A stretch of 59,266 bases of DNA, the filler included. It is 6 parts of 6 records of this genome, joined end to end, with 100 filler letters (N's around TTAATTAATTAA, not from the genome) between each part and the next. Parts side by side here need not be neighbours in the genome. Positions count along the whole stretch, not along the records: positions 9,716 to 17,391 come from SRR22947727_2058; positions 17,492 to 26,077 come from SRR22947727_2064; 4 more parts are not named here. One strand, given 5' to 3'. Positions within the stretch are counted from its first letter, which is position 1. Every line of letters begins with the position of its first letter. Below are positions 10,823 to 21,427 of the stretch, one piece after another. Both the position numbers and the translations under genes were made by a program. The notes under the pieces are model-generated. The model was not told the origin of the DNA. It saw only the letters and a list, made by a program, of their open reading frames with translations, and did no database searches.

Positions 10823-13244
10823 TCAAAAACAGTCTTACGTCATCATCATCACGGATGGCGAACCTACTTACGACAACGACTATGATGGACTCATTCAATC
10901 GGAGCTCGCGCTCAGCAGCGGCGATCGCTTCGATAATAGCTATTTACCTGGCGTAGCAGAATGGATGCAAACTCACGACGTTAATCCGAATCTACTCGGC
11001 CAACAGAGCATCGTGACCTACACAATCGGTTTCTCGCAAGGCGCCAACGATGCCGCCGAACTGCTCGCGGAGACAGCAAATCGAGGGGGTGGCCAGTACT
11101 ATGCCGCGAGTGATGCCCTGGCTCTGCAAGGCTCCTTGCAACAAATCTTCAGCGAGATATTGGCCGTCAACGCAACCTTTACCTCCCCTGCCATTGCGGC
11201 AAACAGCTACGACCGTACACAAACGCTTGACGCCATTTACTACGCGATGTTTTTACCCTCTGATCGTCCTCGATGGACCGGCAATCTCAAAAAACTCCGC
11301 ATCAACGGTGATGGCCGAGTGATCGATAAAATTGATCGCAGCGCCATTAATCGAGAGGGCGCCATTGCCGATACCGCGTGCACTATCTGGACCTCACTCA
11401 GCACCTGTAATCGCGCCTCCAGTGGTGGAGACGGTAATGAAGTTTTACTCGGCGGCGCACTCGAGCAAACCGTCTCAGCCACTGCGCGACGTATCCTGAC
11501 TAATCCACCAAGTAACGCGGGAGCGCTTGTCGAGTTAAGCAGAAATACCCTCACCGGCGCTGTCGGTGATGAAAGCACTCTACTGGATCTCATTGATGCA
11601 CCCGACAATGAGGACTTGGCGGGCTATATCAGCTGGCTGCGCGGAGTCGATGTGGACGACGATGACGAGAATGGCGATACGACCCGTATTCGCAACGATG
11701 TTATCGGTGACCCGCTTCACTCCAAGCCTCTTGCACTGAGCTATGGCGACGGAGGGGGTACCAGAGTCCTCATGGGCACGAATCATGGTTACTTACACAT
11801 GTTTCATGACCTGGGTGAATCGGTCACCGAAAGCTGGGCTTATTACCTCCCGGAAATGCTCCCTACTCTGCGGGAGTTACGCCTCAATGCGCAAACGGGA
11901 GGACATACGGTTTATGGCGTCGATGGAGCCGTATCCGCTTGGGTGATGGATGACGACGCCGACGGCAACATTGAGACGCCGACCGATAAGGTATGGGCTT
12001 TTTTTGGACTGAGGAGAGGGGGGCGAGCGTACTTTGGGCTCGATATTTCAAATCCTGATGCACCTCAAAAAATGTGGTCCGTTAGCCATACGGATCCGGG
12101 CATGAGTGAGCTAGGCCAGAGTTGGTCGGAGCCCGTTGTCACCCAGGTACCGGGGGTCGATGCCCCCGTCATCATCATCGCCGGAGGGTATGACATCAAT
12201 AAAGATAACGCCGGAATCGGCACCCCCGATTCAATGGGCCGAGCCGTCTTTATTTTAGACGCTGAGTCAGGTGATATCGTTCATCGTTTCACCGCCAGTG
12301 ACGTAACGACGATTGGTGTGACCCAATTTCCCACCACGGACAGCCTCGCCACCAAAGTGAGCATCATGGATACCGATGGCGACGGTGTGACCGACCGTTT
12401 TTACGCGGTCGACACTGGCGGCAACGTGTGGCGGTTTGATCTGCCAGACGACGACCGTTCACACTGGTCTGTTTTTCACTTTGCCGAATTGGGCGGCGAC
12501 ACGCTCAGTGATGACAGGCGATTTTTCGGTGAGGTCAGCGTCGCCCCCTCCAGCTTCGAACGTGTCGAGGCGATCACGGTAGAACAAAATGGTGGGGATC
12601 AGATTATCACCACCTCTTCAGAGACTCCTTTTGATGCCGTGCTCGTGGGCTCGGGTAATCGCGCCTCGCCCAATGGGGGCGCGACGCAAGATTATTTATT
12701 TGTGCTGCGGGATATCCATATCAGAACACAATATTACGGCGCAGCGGGGATACCTCCCCCACCACCGATCTTGCTGACAGATTTGTTCGACGCGACAGGC
12801 GCGCTACCGGGTGAGATTGAAACCGCTGATAGCCGTTTAGCATCACAACTTTCCTTAAGTGCTGCCAAGGGCTGGCATCTCCCTTTGCGACCTACTGAGA
12901 AAGCGTTATCCGCGCCCACCCTGATCAGTGGCGTGGCTTATTTCACGACCTTCTTACCCGGCGAGTTAGCCACCGCCAACACCTGCGTGGCGGCAGGGCA
13001 AGGCTTCCTTTACGCCTTTACTTTACAAGACGGCCGCCTCCTCAAGCGAACCATCATTGGCTCAGTGCTCCCCGATACACCACAAATTGTCGTACCTCCC
13101 CCTAATGAGGGCAGCGAAGACGAGTGGAGCCCCAATCTCTATTTAGTGGGTGTGGGCGCGGGGGAGGACAGCAAGGGCACTATTGATACTAGGCAGTCAC
13201 TAACTCCAAAACGGATCTACTATCAGTATGGAGAGCGACAATGA
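10818..13244 (+). CDS. pilY1: Type IV pilus adhesin PilY1/PilC, N-terminally truncated
   Basis: End of a vWA-like region (CQKQSYVIIITDGEP, TYTIGF, TANRGGGQYY), then beta-propeller motifs RWTGNLKK, GDPLHSKP, YGVDG, GLRRGGRAYFGLDIS, LGQSWSEP and the Ca-binding-like DTDGDGVTDRFYAVDTGGNVWRFD. No signal peptide or start codon. Confidence 0.9.
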   Translation, partial: TCQKQSYVIIITDGEPTYDNDYDGLIQSELALSSGDRFDNSYLPGVAEWMQTHDVNPNLLGQQSIVTYTIGFSQGANDAAELLAETANRGGGQYYAASDALALQGSLQQIFSEILAVNATFTSPAIAANSYDRTQTLDAIYYAMFLPSDRPRWTGNLKKLRINGDGRVIDKIDRSAINREGAIADTACTIWTSLSTCNRASSGGDGNEVLLGGALEQTVSATARRILTNPPSNAGALVELSRNTLTGAVGDESTLLDLIDAPDNEDLAGYISWLRGVDVDDDDENGDTTRIRNDVIGDPLHSKPLALSYGDGGGTRVLMGTNHGYLHMFHDLGESVTESWAYYLPEMLPTLRELRLNAQTGGHTVYGVDGAVSAWVMDDDADGNIETPTDKVWAFFGLRRGGRAYFGLDISNPDAPQKMWSVSHTDPGMSELGQSWSEPVVTQVPGVDAPVIIIAGGYDINKDNAGIGTPDSMGRAVFILDAESGDIVHRFTASDVTTIGVTQFPTTDSLATKVSIMDTDGDGVTDRFYAVDTGGNVWRFDLPDDDRSHWSVFHFAELGGDTLSDDRRFFGEVSVAPSSFERVEAITVEQNGGDQIITTSSETPFDAVLVGSGNRASPNGGATQDYLFVLRDIHIRTQYYGAAGIPPPPPILLTDLFDATGALPGEIETADSRLASQLSLSAAKGWHLPLRPTEKALSAPTLISGVAYFTTFLPGELATANTCVAAGQGFLYAFTLQDGRLLKRTIIGSVLPDTPQIVVPPPNEGSEDEWSPNLYLVGVGAGEDSKGTIDTRQSLTPKRIYYQYGERQ

Positions 13245-13639
13245 GCCACCAGCTCACCCGCGGCTTCACACTACTGGAGCTCATGATCACCGTTCTCATC
13301 GTCGCGATCCTAGCCGCCATCGCGTACCCAAGCTACCAGAGTTACCTCGTGCGGGCGTACCGATCTGAGGCCTATACCGCACTCAATCAGTGGGCGAATT
13401 TGCAGGAGCAGTATTTTCTGGATCAACGCAGCTATGCCGGCGATATGACACGCTTAGGGGCAACAGAGAATCCGCTCATTACCGACGCGGGACACTATAG
13501 CGTGCAAGCAACCGTGACCTCGACTGGCTTCACGCTCACGGCGAGGGCATTAGGTAGTCAGCTGGCATTGGATAGCGCATGTACGGCGTTGACCCTTTCG
13601 AGTGATGGCGTCAAAACGCCGGAGGGCTGCTGGCGATGA
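13241..13639 (+). CDS. pilE: Type IV minor pilin PilE
   Basis: Prepilin motif RG|FTLLELMITVLIVAILAAIAYPSY, C-terminal C...CW, overlaps the pilY1 stop. Confidence 0.9.
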   Translation: MSHQLTRGFTLLELMITVLIVAILAAIAYPSYQSYLVRAYRSEAYTALNQWANLQEQYFLDQRSYAGDMTRLGATENPLITDAGHYSVQATVTSTGFTLTARALGSQLALDSACTALTLSSDGVKTPEGCWR

Positions 13640-13932
13640 GACATTGGGGATTACTTTTTTTCGTCTTTTTTTGTTCGGCGAGTGCACAGGCGCAAGTGTG
13701 GCGAGACTATAAATGCTTTGTGCGAGATACCAACAATACTGCGTGGGTCCATCTTTTTGAACTCGATGCCGCACGGGAGGAACAAGCCATCAGCGCACTG
13801 ACGGACCGCTTTATTCTAGATAGTTTTGGGCAACCACTGGCGCGCATTAAAACAGTTGTGGAATGCGTACCGCTCAGCATGGCGTTCTCATCGACAGCAG
13901 CGCGGCAACTCGACAGCGTCACGCCAAAATAA
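13636..13932 (+). CDS. TapY2-like small type IV pilus-associated exported protein
   Basis: Signal peptide, DYKCFV and VVECV...F...AARQLD pattern, directly downstream of pilE. Confidence 0.7.
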   Translation: MRHWGLLFFVFFCSASAQAQVWRDYKCFVRDTNNTAWVHLFELDAAREEQAISALTDRFILDSFGQPLARIKTVVECVPLSMAFSSTAARQLDSVTPK

Positions 13933-14138
13933 TGGGTCTAAGGGGATCTTGCGCCGCCTCAAAGGGCTCATACAGAAGCCTTCGTCAAAGCGAGCATCCG
14001 CAGCGCCGCCACTGCGCCAACGCCTATCCTTGCCCATCCGCACGCCTGGACGTCACTAAACAACGGCAAGACTCAAGTACGCAGCGCTATCATCACCTGC
14101 ACACTCACGAGCATACCGCGCGCCTCAATACCACCGCA

Positions 14139-14354
14139 TCACAATGCAGTTTGAGTCCGACTGTTGTCGCAGTGATCCTCCCAACACTGATCTAGGTCTT
14201 CAGAGGAACTGAGGGTCCGATGCGCCAACTGCCAATCAGCGAGGACATAGTGATAGGGGCCGATTATCGATAACGTTGCCAGCGAGAGTACGGTAATGAC
14301 CATCGTCGTTACAAAAAATCCCCGCCGATAAGAGGCTGGACAACCACTAACCAC
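14139..14354 (-). CDS. Short or degenerate PilX-like minor pilin
   Basis: RRG|FFVTTMVITVLSLATLSIIG prepilin-like segment following the pilW-like gene. Only about 70 aa; start uncertain. Confidence 0.45.
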   Translation of the reverse strand: MVSGCPASYRRGFFVTTMVITVLSLATLSIIGPYHYVLADWQLAHRTLSSSEDLDQCWEDHCDNSRTQTAL

Positions 14355-15303
14355 GGGTAGTGTGCCGTCCGGAAATAACCAGCCTTTCGATCGCGACAGC
14401 CGGGAGCGCTGTCTCAGAACGAGGTGGCCCAACCATTAGATTCACGCGGACAGCGTGGCCGTAGTGCGGCACTGCAAGAACTGGCTCTCTCGCAACATCC
14501 GATAATCGATCTGCGTAGTCGAGTTGCCACTCATCGATACCCAGTACTATCGTCTCCGGGTTTAACCAACGATACGTCGCATCCACACTCTGCGCGATCT
14601 GCTGTAGGCGCAGCACCGCGACGCCTTCAGTGCTCTCCTTTGCACTCCGGTGACTGAGCAACATACGCTCCACTCTTCCCCAAGGCGCCTCATCTAGGCA
14701 TCGACCGGGGCGGGCCATCGTTTTCTGCCAGCTGACCTGCCATTGGTTACTTTCGATTGAGAGCGCATCGCGGAGATGACACTGAGTCGACACAATTTGA
14801 TAGCCCGGCCCCTCTCCGCAGTGCTCTGGACAGGGGAGTACTCGCTCGACATACAAACCAGCGCCGGTATTGACGCCGCGCAAACAAGTCAGTGTGGCAA
14901 GATCTACGATGACAAAGCCTCCCCAATGCCTCTGGGTGGTAGTGGGATCAAAGGCTAAGCAGGGGTCCATTAACACGTGATGAACTGCCTCTGTCTCACT
15001 GGGTCTGCGACCTTCTCTCCACGTGTCGGGCATCTGTGCCGTGTTCACCCATGCATCGAGAAAATCAAAAACCTGCCGCGCCCGAATCGCTTGTTCACTC
15101 CGATCAGCCGCCTTGCTCGCAGTACCCATTATTTGAGCGCTGGTCACCAGCAAAATACCCAGTAGCACCAGCGCTAATGCGTTGACGATCAAGCAGTCGA
15201 TCAATGTAAAGCCCACTAAACGTTGAGTGCAGGATCGCGGCAATCGGTTGAATGTCGTCGACGTCACTGGCGAATAGTTTCCTGCACTAGTTGTTCCGAT
15301 CAC
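14347..15303 (-). CDS. PilW-like minor pilin (divergent)
   Basis: VG|FTLIDCLIVNALALVLLGILLV, multiple cysteines, C-terminal ETIVLGIDEWQLDY and AVRVNLMV resembling PilW. Confidence 0.65.
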   Translation of the reverse strand: MIGTTSAGNYSPVTSTTFNRLPRSCTQRLVGFTLIDCLIVNALALVLLGILLVTSAQIMGTASKAADRSEQAIRARQVFDFLDAWVNTAQMPDTWREGRRPSETEAVHHVLMDPCLAFDPTTTQRHWGGFVIVDLATLTCLRGVNTGAGLYVERVLPCPEHCGEGPGYQIVSTQCHLRDALSIESNQWQVSWQKTMARPGRCLDEAPWGRVERMLLSHRSAKESTEGVAVLRLQQIAQSVDATYRWLNPETIVLGIDEWQLDYADRLSDVAREPVLAVPHYGHAVRVNLMVGPPRSETALPAVAIERLVISGRHTTRG

Positions 15304-15649
15304 TACGCGTCACGGCAGTGAAGCTGCTATCCACCTGCTGCCATGTCAGCGCCAACGACCCATCAGCGGCGGCGGAAATACTTCCCTGAGGGAGAGCCGC
15401 CAGCCACTCCGCCGCCATCCCGCAATTAAGCGCCTGAACACTATTATCTAAGAGTCCGCATAATTGCGCTGCAGACAGGAGTGGCACGCCCTCCCATACC
15501 GACACCGCTGCTAATTCATCCAACAGAAAGCCCGCCAGAGTCAGCTGATACGCGGCTATCGATAGCGTCGTGATGTCGCCCGTTAGCTGCACAAGACCGA
15601 GAAGGCCTGCAAAACCAATACTCGCCGCTACTGCGTAATCAACCCACAC
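15287..15649 (-). CDS. PilV-like minor pilin (divergent, lacks a canonical prepilin site)
   Basis: Hydrophobic N-terminus, WLAALPQG and LTWQ motifs, positioned between the pilE-like and pilW-like genes. Confidence 0.55.
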   Translation of the reverse strand: MWVDYAVAASIGFAGLLGLVQLTGDITTLSIAAYQLTLAGFLLDELAAVSVWEGVPLLSAAQLCGLLDNSVQALNCGMAAEWLAALPQGSISAAADGSLALTWQQVDSSFTAVTRSDRNN

Positions 15650-15651
15650 CG

Positions 15652-16056
15652 CTAGCGTGCGCTCGATTCAGTTGTGGTCCATACACCGCGGTGATCCAGC
15701 GCTAGCGAGGGCGCCGCAGGCACTGTGCTTGCGAGGCGCAGCAAAAACCGGGTGTCGGTAGATTCCGCACTCAGCTGATAATAGTGGCCCACTGTCTCAG
15801 ATAGCACCGCTAATGGTGGCAACTCCTCAGTCGTGGCGTACCTTGCATGTTGCTGCCAAAAATGGCGCTGGTGCAGATTCAGACGTTCCAGAACGATGCG
15901 CGCTTCACGCGCGGCAGCCGCAACCCTCACGGATTGCCAAGAGGGCATCGCGATGGCCACCATAATCGACAGAATGCCCACCACCACCAGCAACTCGACC
16001 AAGGAGAATGCGCTCGTCGACACCGACCTCAATTTTACGGACCTATCCCGGGTCAC
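15652..16056 (-). CDS. Second PilE-like type IV minor pilin
   Basis: SA|FSLVELLVVVGILSIMVAIAMPSW...QRHFWQQHARY. Confidence 0.8.
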   Translation of the reverse strand: MTRDRSVKLRSVSTSAFSLVELLVVVGILSIMVAIAMPSWQSVRVAAAAREARIVLERLNLHQRHFWQQHARYATTEELPPLAVLSETVGHYYQLSAESTDTRFLLRLASTVPAAPSLALDHRGVWTTTESSAR

Positions 16057-16260
16057 CCGTCACCCCTCTACCCCACTCGCAATACTGTCGATTATCCGAG
16101 GTAGCCTGACCTACATCATCCTCCATGGGCAGATCACCGATCACAGCGGATGCGCAGTGGTGCTTTATGCCGTCCTAGTGCCGCTTTTCGGGAGAGGTAT
16201 CAGGGTGGTGCGCGACCGCTCTCTAGCGTTCCTTCGCGCCTGCACGACTTCCATTGGTGC

Positions 16261-17391
16261 TTACGCCGCCTCGCTGATAGCAGCGCCCTGAGTGAAAACG
16301 ATCTTGTCGTTCAACAGCGTCGCCTCGATCATATTTCCCGGCGCGAAATCACCCGCAAGCAACGCCTGCGCGAGCGGATTTTCAATTAACCGTTGGATCG
16401 CACGCTTCAGCGGCCTTGCGCCATACACCGGATCAAAGCCGACGTCAGCTAAGTGGTTCATTACCTCATCGCTCAACGCCAAGCGCAGCGATCTATCCGC
16501 TAGTCGCTCTGTTAATACCCCGAGTTGAATCGTTGCGATATCGCGGATGTGCTCTTTTTCAAGAGAATGAAAGACAACGGATTCATCGATTCGATTGAGA
16601 AACTCGGGCCTAAAATGCTCACTCACCCGCTCCATCACAGTGGTCTGCATGTCATCACTACTCAAGCGAGCGCCTGCATCATGAATTAGTTCGGAACCCA
16701 AATTTGACGTCATCACAACGACGGTATTGCGAAAATCAACCGTCCGACCTTGACCATCGGTTAAGCGACCGTCCTCCAATACCTGCAGCAACACGTCGAA
16801 AACCTTGGGGTGTGCTTTTTCAACTTCATCCAGTAGCAGGAGTGAATAAGGTCGTCGGCGCACTGCCTCGGTCAAATAGCCTCCTTCTTCGTAGCCGACA
16901 TAACCCGGTGGTGCACCAATCAAGCGGGCTACCGAATGCTGTTCCATAAACTCAGACATATCGATACGCACCAGCGCCTGGTCGCTATCAAACAGGTAAG
17001 TGGCCAACGCCTTGCAGAGCTCGGTCTTGCCCACCCCCGTCGGACCGAGAAATAAGAACGACCCATTAGGACGCTGCGGGTCAGCGAGCCCAGCACGCGC
17101 CCTCCGCACCGCGTTTGAGACGGCGGTCACTGCCTCGTGTTGACCCACGACACGATCATGTAACGTCGCTTCCATACGCAGCAGCTTTTCTCGATCCCCC
17201 TCAAGCATTTTCGCAACAGGAATGCCCGTCCATCGCGAAACGACTTCAGCAACCTCCTCATCGGTCACCCGAGAGCGGAGTAACGTAGGCTCAGGCGCCT
17301 CCAGGTTGGCAGCCAAAATCAGTTGGCGCTCCAGCTCGGGTAATACCCCGTGTTGGAGCTCCGACATACCGGTTAAGTCACCCGCGCGACG
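16261..17391 (-). CDS. clpB: ATP-dependent chaperone ClpB, C-terminal part
   Basis: [60 protein letters not shown]. Confidence 0.95.
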   Translation of the reverse strand, partial: RRAGDLTGMSELQHGVLPELERQLILAANLEAPEPTLLRSRVTDEEVAEVVSRWTGIPVAKMLEGDREKLLRMEATLHDRVVGQHEAVTAVSNAVRRARAGLADPQRPNGSFLFLGPTGVGKTELCKALATYLFDSDQALVRIDMSEFMEQHSVARLIGAPPGYVGYEEGGYLTEAVRRRPYSLLLLDEVEKAHPKVFDVLLQVLEDGRLTDGQGRTVDFRNTVVVMTSNLGSELIHDAGARLSSDDMQTTVMERVSEHFRPEFLNRIDESVVFHSLEKEHIRDIATIQLGVLTERLADRSLRLALSDEVMNHLADVGFDPVYGARPLKRAIQRLIENPLAQALLAGDFAPGNMIEATLLNDKIVFTQGAAISEAA

Positions 17392-17492
17392 NNNNNNNNN
17401 NNNNNNNNNNNNNNNNNNNNNNNNNNNNNNNNNNNTTAATTAATTAANNNNNNNNNNNNNNNNNNNNNNNNNNNNNNNNNNNNNNNNNNNNT

Positions 17493-17708
17493 CAATCAGA
17501 TAAAAAAGTTTGGCAATTAATTAAAGAGTCTGTGCCACAAGATTTGAATTTTGGAGATGCTAGTATTTCAAAAAAACATTTTAATTTTTTTGTGAATAAA
17601 GGTAACGCTAGTTTCAATGATATGATTAAATTAATCAACTTTGTTCAGGAACAAGTTAAAAAAAAAACAGGAATTATACTTGAAAAAGAAATAAAAATAT
17701 TGGAATAG
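17493..17708 (+). CDS. murB: UDP-N-acetylmuramate dehydrogenase, C-terminal fragment
   Basis: FGDASISKKHFNFFVNKGNASFNDMIKLINFVQEQVKKKTGIILEKEIKILE*, directly upstream of ddl. Confidence 0.88.
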   Translation, partial: QSDKKVWQLIKESVPQDLNFGDASISKKHFNFFVNKGNASFNDMIKLINFVQEQVKKKTGIILEKEIKILE

Positions 17709-17710
17709 CT

Positions 17711-18625
17711 ATGAAAAAAAAAATCTTAGTACTTTGTGGAGGAATATCCAAAGAGCGATTAATAAGTTTAGATACTGGAAAGCAAGTTTTTAATGAGTTA
17801 AAAAAAAATGGTTATAGAACTAAAATAAGTGAACCAAATAATAATTTACTTAAAAATATAAAATCATTTAAGCCAAATATAATTTTTAATGCTTTGCACG
17901 GACAATATGGAGAAGATGGCTATATTCAATCAATTTTAGAAACACAAAAAATTCCTTATACTCATTCAGGTATACTTGCATCATCAATTGCTATGGATAA
18001 AGAATTATCAAAAAAAATTTTTCTTAAAAACAAGATTTTAACACCAAAATATATCAAGTTTGATTTTTTAAGACCAATCAAAAATATAACTAAAGAAATT
18101 GATAAAAAATTAAAATTTCCAGTTGTAATAAAGCCAATAAATGAGGGATCAAGTGTACATGTTTATATATGCACAAAAAAAGATTTCATAAAAAATTTGA
18201 AAAAATTAAACATTTATAAACAAATTTTAATTGAAGAGTTTATTGAAGGAAGAGAAATACAGGTTGCCGTAATGGGCCCAAAAGTGCTTGGCGCAATTGA
18301 ATTAAAACCAAAAAGAAAATTTTATGACTATGAAGCAAAATATAGTTCAAACGCTAAAACAAAACACATAATTCCTGTAGATTTATCTAAAAAAGATTTG
18401 AGTAAGGTTGAAAACATCGCAAATAAAGCCCATCAAATAGTTGGCTGTCGAGGAGTATCAAGATCAGATTTTAAATATCATAAAGGTAAATTTTATTTAC
18501 TAGAAATTAATACACAGCCAGGTATGACTAAACTTTCATTAGTACCAGAAATTGCTAGTTATAAAGGTATAACTTTTATCAAATTAATTGAGTGGATTTT
18601 AAAAGATGCATCAATCAATAGGTAA
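17711..18625 (+). CDS. ddl: D-alanine--D-alanine ligase
   Basis: GGISKERLISL, FNALHGQYGEDG, KPINEGSS, FYDYEAKY, LEINTQPGMT. Confidence 0.96.
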   Translation: MKKKILVLCGGISKERLISLDTGKQVFNELKKNGYRTKISEPNNNLLKNIKSFKPNIIFNALHGQYGEDGYIQSILETQKIPYTHSGILASSIAMDKELSKKIFLKNKILTPKYIKFDFLRPIKNITKEIDKKLKFPVVIKPINEGSSVHVYICTKKDFIKNLKKLNIYKQILIEEFIEGREIQVAVMGPKVLGAIELKPKRKFYDYEAKYSSNAKTKHIIPVDLSKKDLSKVENIANKAHQIVGCRGVSRSDFKYHKGKFYLLEINTQPGMTKLSLVPEIASYKGITFIKLIEWILKDASINR

Positions 18626-19280
18626 AAGAAATAAAATAGTAATTTATTTTATATTGTTAATTACATTAAGTACAATAAGTGGGAAATTTACTCTCAAAAA
18701 CAAAGAATATTTATCTACAAATAACAAGATAACAATTCAAGGTCTTTCAAATGATAATAATTTTGACATTTCAAATAGACTTAAAAGTTTAGTTAATAAA
18801 AATATTTTATTCATTAATCGTAAAGAAATTGTCGACATAATTGATGACTACAATATTATAGAAAAATATAGCGTTAAACGAATTTATCCTGGAAATATAG
18901 TGATAAATATTACACCTACCAGATATCTAGCCCGAACATCAAATGACAAAAAATTATTAGTTGGAGCAAATGGTAAACTTATTAGAGACTCAAAAAATTC
19001 AGAAAATTTACCTTTCTTGTTTGGAGATTTTAAATCAAAAAGCTTTTTAAGTTTAAAAAAAGATATTGAACAATCAAAGTTTACCTTTGATAGATTTAGG
19101 ATATTATATTTTTTTAAGTCAAATAGATGGGATATTTTAACCAATAATGATATTCTGATTAAGTTGCCTTTAGAAAATTCCTTAGTAGCTTTAAACCTTG
19201 CATATAAGATTATTGAAGACGATCAAGTTAATAAAAAAATTATAGATCTTAGGGTAAAGGATCGTTTAATAATAAATTAA
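18606..19280 (+). CDS. ftsQ: Cell division protein FtsQ (short SAR11 type)
   Basis: N-terminal TM, POTRA-like KRIYPG, NRWDI and IIDLRV motifs; lies between ddl and ftsA. Confidence 0.85.
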   Translation: MHQSIGKRNKIVIYFILLITLSTISGKFTLKNKEYLSTNNKITIQGLSNDNNFDISNRLKSLVNKNILFINRKEIVDIIDDYNIIEKYSVKRIYPGNIVINITPTRYLARTSNDKKLLVGANGKLIRDSKNSENLPFLFGDFKSKSFLSLKKDIEQSKFTFDRFRILYFFKSNRWDILTNNDILIKLPLENSLVALNLAYKIIEDDQVNKKIIDLRVKDRLIIN

Positions 19281-20389
19281 TGTCTGATAAAAATTTTCAA
19301 ACTTTTTTTGATTGTGGTTCGTCTAAAATAAGAGCAGCAACATTTAATATAGATAATTACAATGATGCATACTTTACAGAAAGTGAATTTCTTAAAGACA
19401 ATACAAGCCTAGAGTTAAAAATTAAAGAAATTGTAAATTCACTTGAGAGAGACTCAAACAAATATATCAACAGTGTAAATCTGATGATAGATAGCCCCAA
19501 GATGCTCTCAATAAGTATTTCTTTATCCAAAAAACTTGATGGATCAAAATTAAAAAAAGAAAATATAAAATTTTTAGTTCAAGAGGCAAAACAAGAAATT
19601 TTAAAATATTATAATGGCTACAATATAGCTCATATCATCATTAATAATTATAAGATTGATGGAGTTGATTACCTTTTTTTACCAGATAAAATTAATTGTA
19701 ATTTTTTTTCTTTAGATATACTTTTTATTTGTTTACCTTTAGAATTAGTTTTAAATTTTAAAGATATTTTTTCTAGATTAAATATTTTAGTTGATAGAAT
19801 TATTTGTACAAGCTACGCAAAATCCATTCATTATAAAAGTAACTTAAATCTTAGTGGGCCCGTATCATTTATTGATGTTGGATTTGATAAAACATCTATA
19901 ATTACCTATTTAAATGAAAATATAGCTATGTTAGATATTTTATCTGTTGGTGGTAATCATATTACAAAAGATCTTTCCAAGGTATTAAATATAAGTTTAC
20001 AGAAGTCTGAACAAATCAAACTGAATTTTGACCAAAATCTCAACATTTTAAGTGAAGAAATTAAATCTACAGATATGCTTCAAAAAATAATTTTGGCTAG
20101 AACAGAAGAAATTCTTGAGCTGTGTAATAAATCAATTAAATCAAATTTATTTTTAACTGAAAAATTTAAGATGGTATTAACTGGTCAAGGATCTAAAATA
20201 CTTGATAGTAAGCTCAAAGATAACATTTCTTTTGTAAATGATATTGATTTTTTAGAAGAAACTCTTGAGGATATTTGTTGGTCAGGCTTTAGATTAATTT
20301 CAAAACCAAATAAACAAGAGGTTGTAATAGTCCCAAAAAAATCAATAAAACATGGTTTTTTTGAAAAGCTTTTTCACTTATTTAGATAA
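19280..20389 (+). CDS. ftsA: Cell division protein FtsA (divergent)
   Basis: FDCGSSKIRA, FIDVGFDKT, VGGNHITKDLS, ARTEEIL, VLTGQGS, and C-terminal amphipathic helix GFFEKLFHLFR. Confidence 0.82.
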   Translation: MSDKNFQTFFDCGSSKIRAATFNIDNYNDAYFTESEFLKDNTSLELKIKEIVNSLERDSNKYINSVNLMIDSPKMLSISISLSKKLDGSKLKKENIKFLVQEAKQEILKYYNGYNIAHIIINNYKIDGVDYLFLPDKINCNFFSLDILFICLPLELVLNFKDIFSRLNILVDRIICTSYAKSIHYKSNLNLSGPVSFIDVGFDKTSIITYLNENIAMLDILSVGGNHITKDLSKVLNISLQKSEQIKLNFDQNLNILSEEIKSTDMLQKIILARTEEILELCNKSIKSNLFLTEKFKMVLTGQGSKILDSKLKDNISFVNDIDFLEETLEDICWSGFRLISKPNKQEVVIVPKKSIKHGFFEKLFHLFR

Positions 20390-20467
20390 TCTGGTTAAAA
20401 AATTCTAGTAAATTACCGTAACATTTCTTGTTTTTCTTAATTTAATCTAACTATTTATAAGACTTCA

Positions 20468-21388
20468 ATGTCTGTTTTAAATCAAAAAACTATTAATCAA
20501 GATATTACATTCAATGGTGTTGGTCTTCATAGTGGTTTAGCTGCAACTATGACAGTAAAGCCTGCCGCACCAAACACTGGAATAATTTTTAAAAGAACAG
20601 ACTTAAAAGAGAATAATGTTATTATACCAAATATATTTAATGTAAGTAGTGCAATATTTTGCACGACTATTTCAAATAAACATGGGGTAAGCGTATCAAC
20701 TATAGAACATTTAATGGGAGCGTTATATGGTTTGGGCATTGATAATGCATTAATTGAAATTGATAATCAAGAAGTGCCAATTTTAGATGGTTCAGCAAAA
20801 CTTTTTGTTGAAGCTATCTCTAAAATTGGAATTAAAAATACTGATGCTCCAATTAAAATAATAAAAATTTTAAAAAAAATAGAATTTATAGATGAAAATA
20901 AAACAATAACTATTGAACCAAGTAAAATTAGTTTAGATATAGACTTTGAACTAAAGTATACAAACGAAATTATAGGAACCCAACGAAACTCAGTTAAGGT
21001 TTTTGAATCTGACTTGAGTGATATTTATAACTCTAGAACATTTTGTCTATTTGAAGATATAGAAAAATTAAAAGAAATGGGTCTTGCAAAAGGAGGCAGT
21101 CTTGATAATGCAGTAGTTGTTAAGAATAATGCAGTATTAAATCAAAATGGACTTAGAAATCATAAAGAATTTGTTAATCATAAGATTTTAGATTGCATGG
21201 GTGATTTATACTTGGCTGGCTATAAAATAATTGGAAAAATAGTTTGTTCACAAGGTGGCCATAAGCTTACAAATCAATTACTAAGAAAAGTTTTTGAAAA
21301 TGATGAAAATTTTTCATTAATAGAAATTAAAGAAAAAAGCCTCCCACATGCTTTTGTTAACAAAACTAGTCTTAGATCTATTGCATAA
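20468..21388 (+). CDS. lpxC: UDP-3-O-acyl-N-acetylglucosamine deacetylase
   Basis: GVGLHSG, STIEHLMGAL, EVPILDGSA, SRTFC, HKILDCMGDL, GGHKL. Confidence 0.96.
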   Translation: MSVLNQKTINQDITFNGVGLHSGLAATMTVKPAAPNTGIIFKRTDLKENNVIIPNIFNVSSAIFCTTISNKHGVSVSTIEHLMGALYGLGIDNALIEIDNQEVPILDGSAKLFVEAISKIGIKNTDAPIKIIKILKKIEFIDENKTITIEPSKISLDIDFELKYTNEIIGTQRNSVKVFESDLSDIYNSRTFCLFEDIEKLKEMGLAKGGSLDNAVVVKNNAVLNQNGLRNHKEFVNHKILDCMGDLYLAGYKIIGKIVCSQGGHKLTNQLLRKVFENDENFSLIEIKEKSLPHAFVNKTSLRSIA

Positions 21389-21427
21389 AGATTAGAGTTT
21401 TTTTGTTTTTATGTTAATAGATTAAAA

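Noticed and set aside
10823-10885. His-rich C-terminal tail on IlvI (RHHHHG)
   Set aside because: Out-of-frame reading of pilY1 codons (VIIITDG) after the junction.
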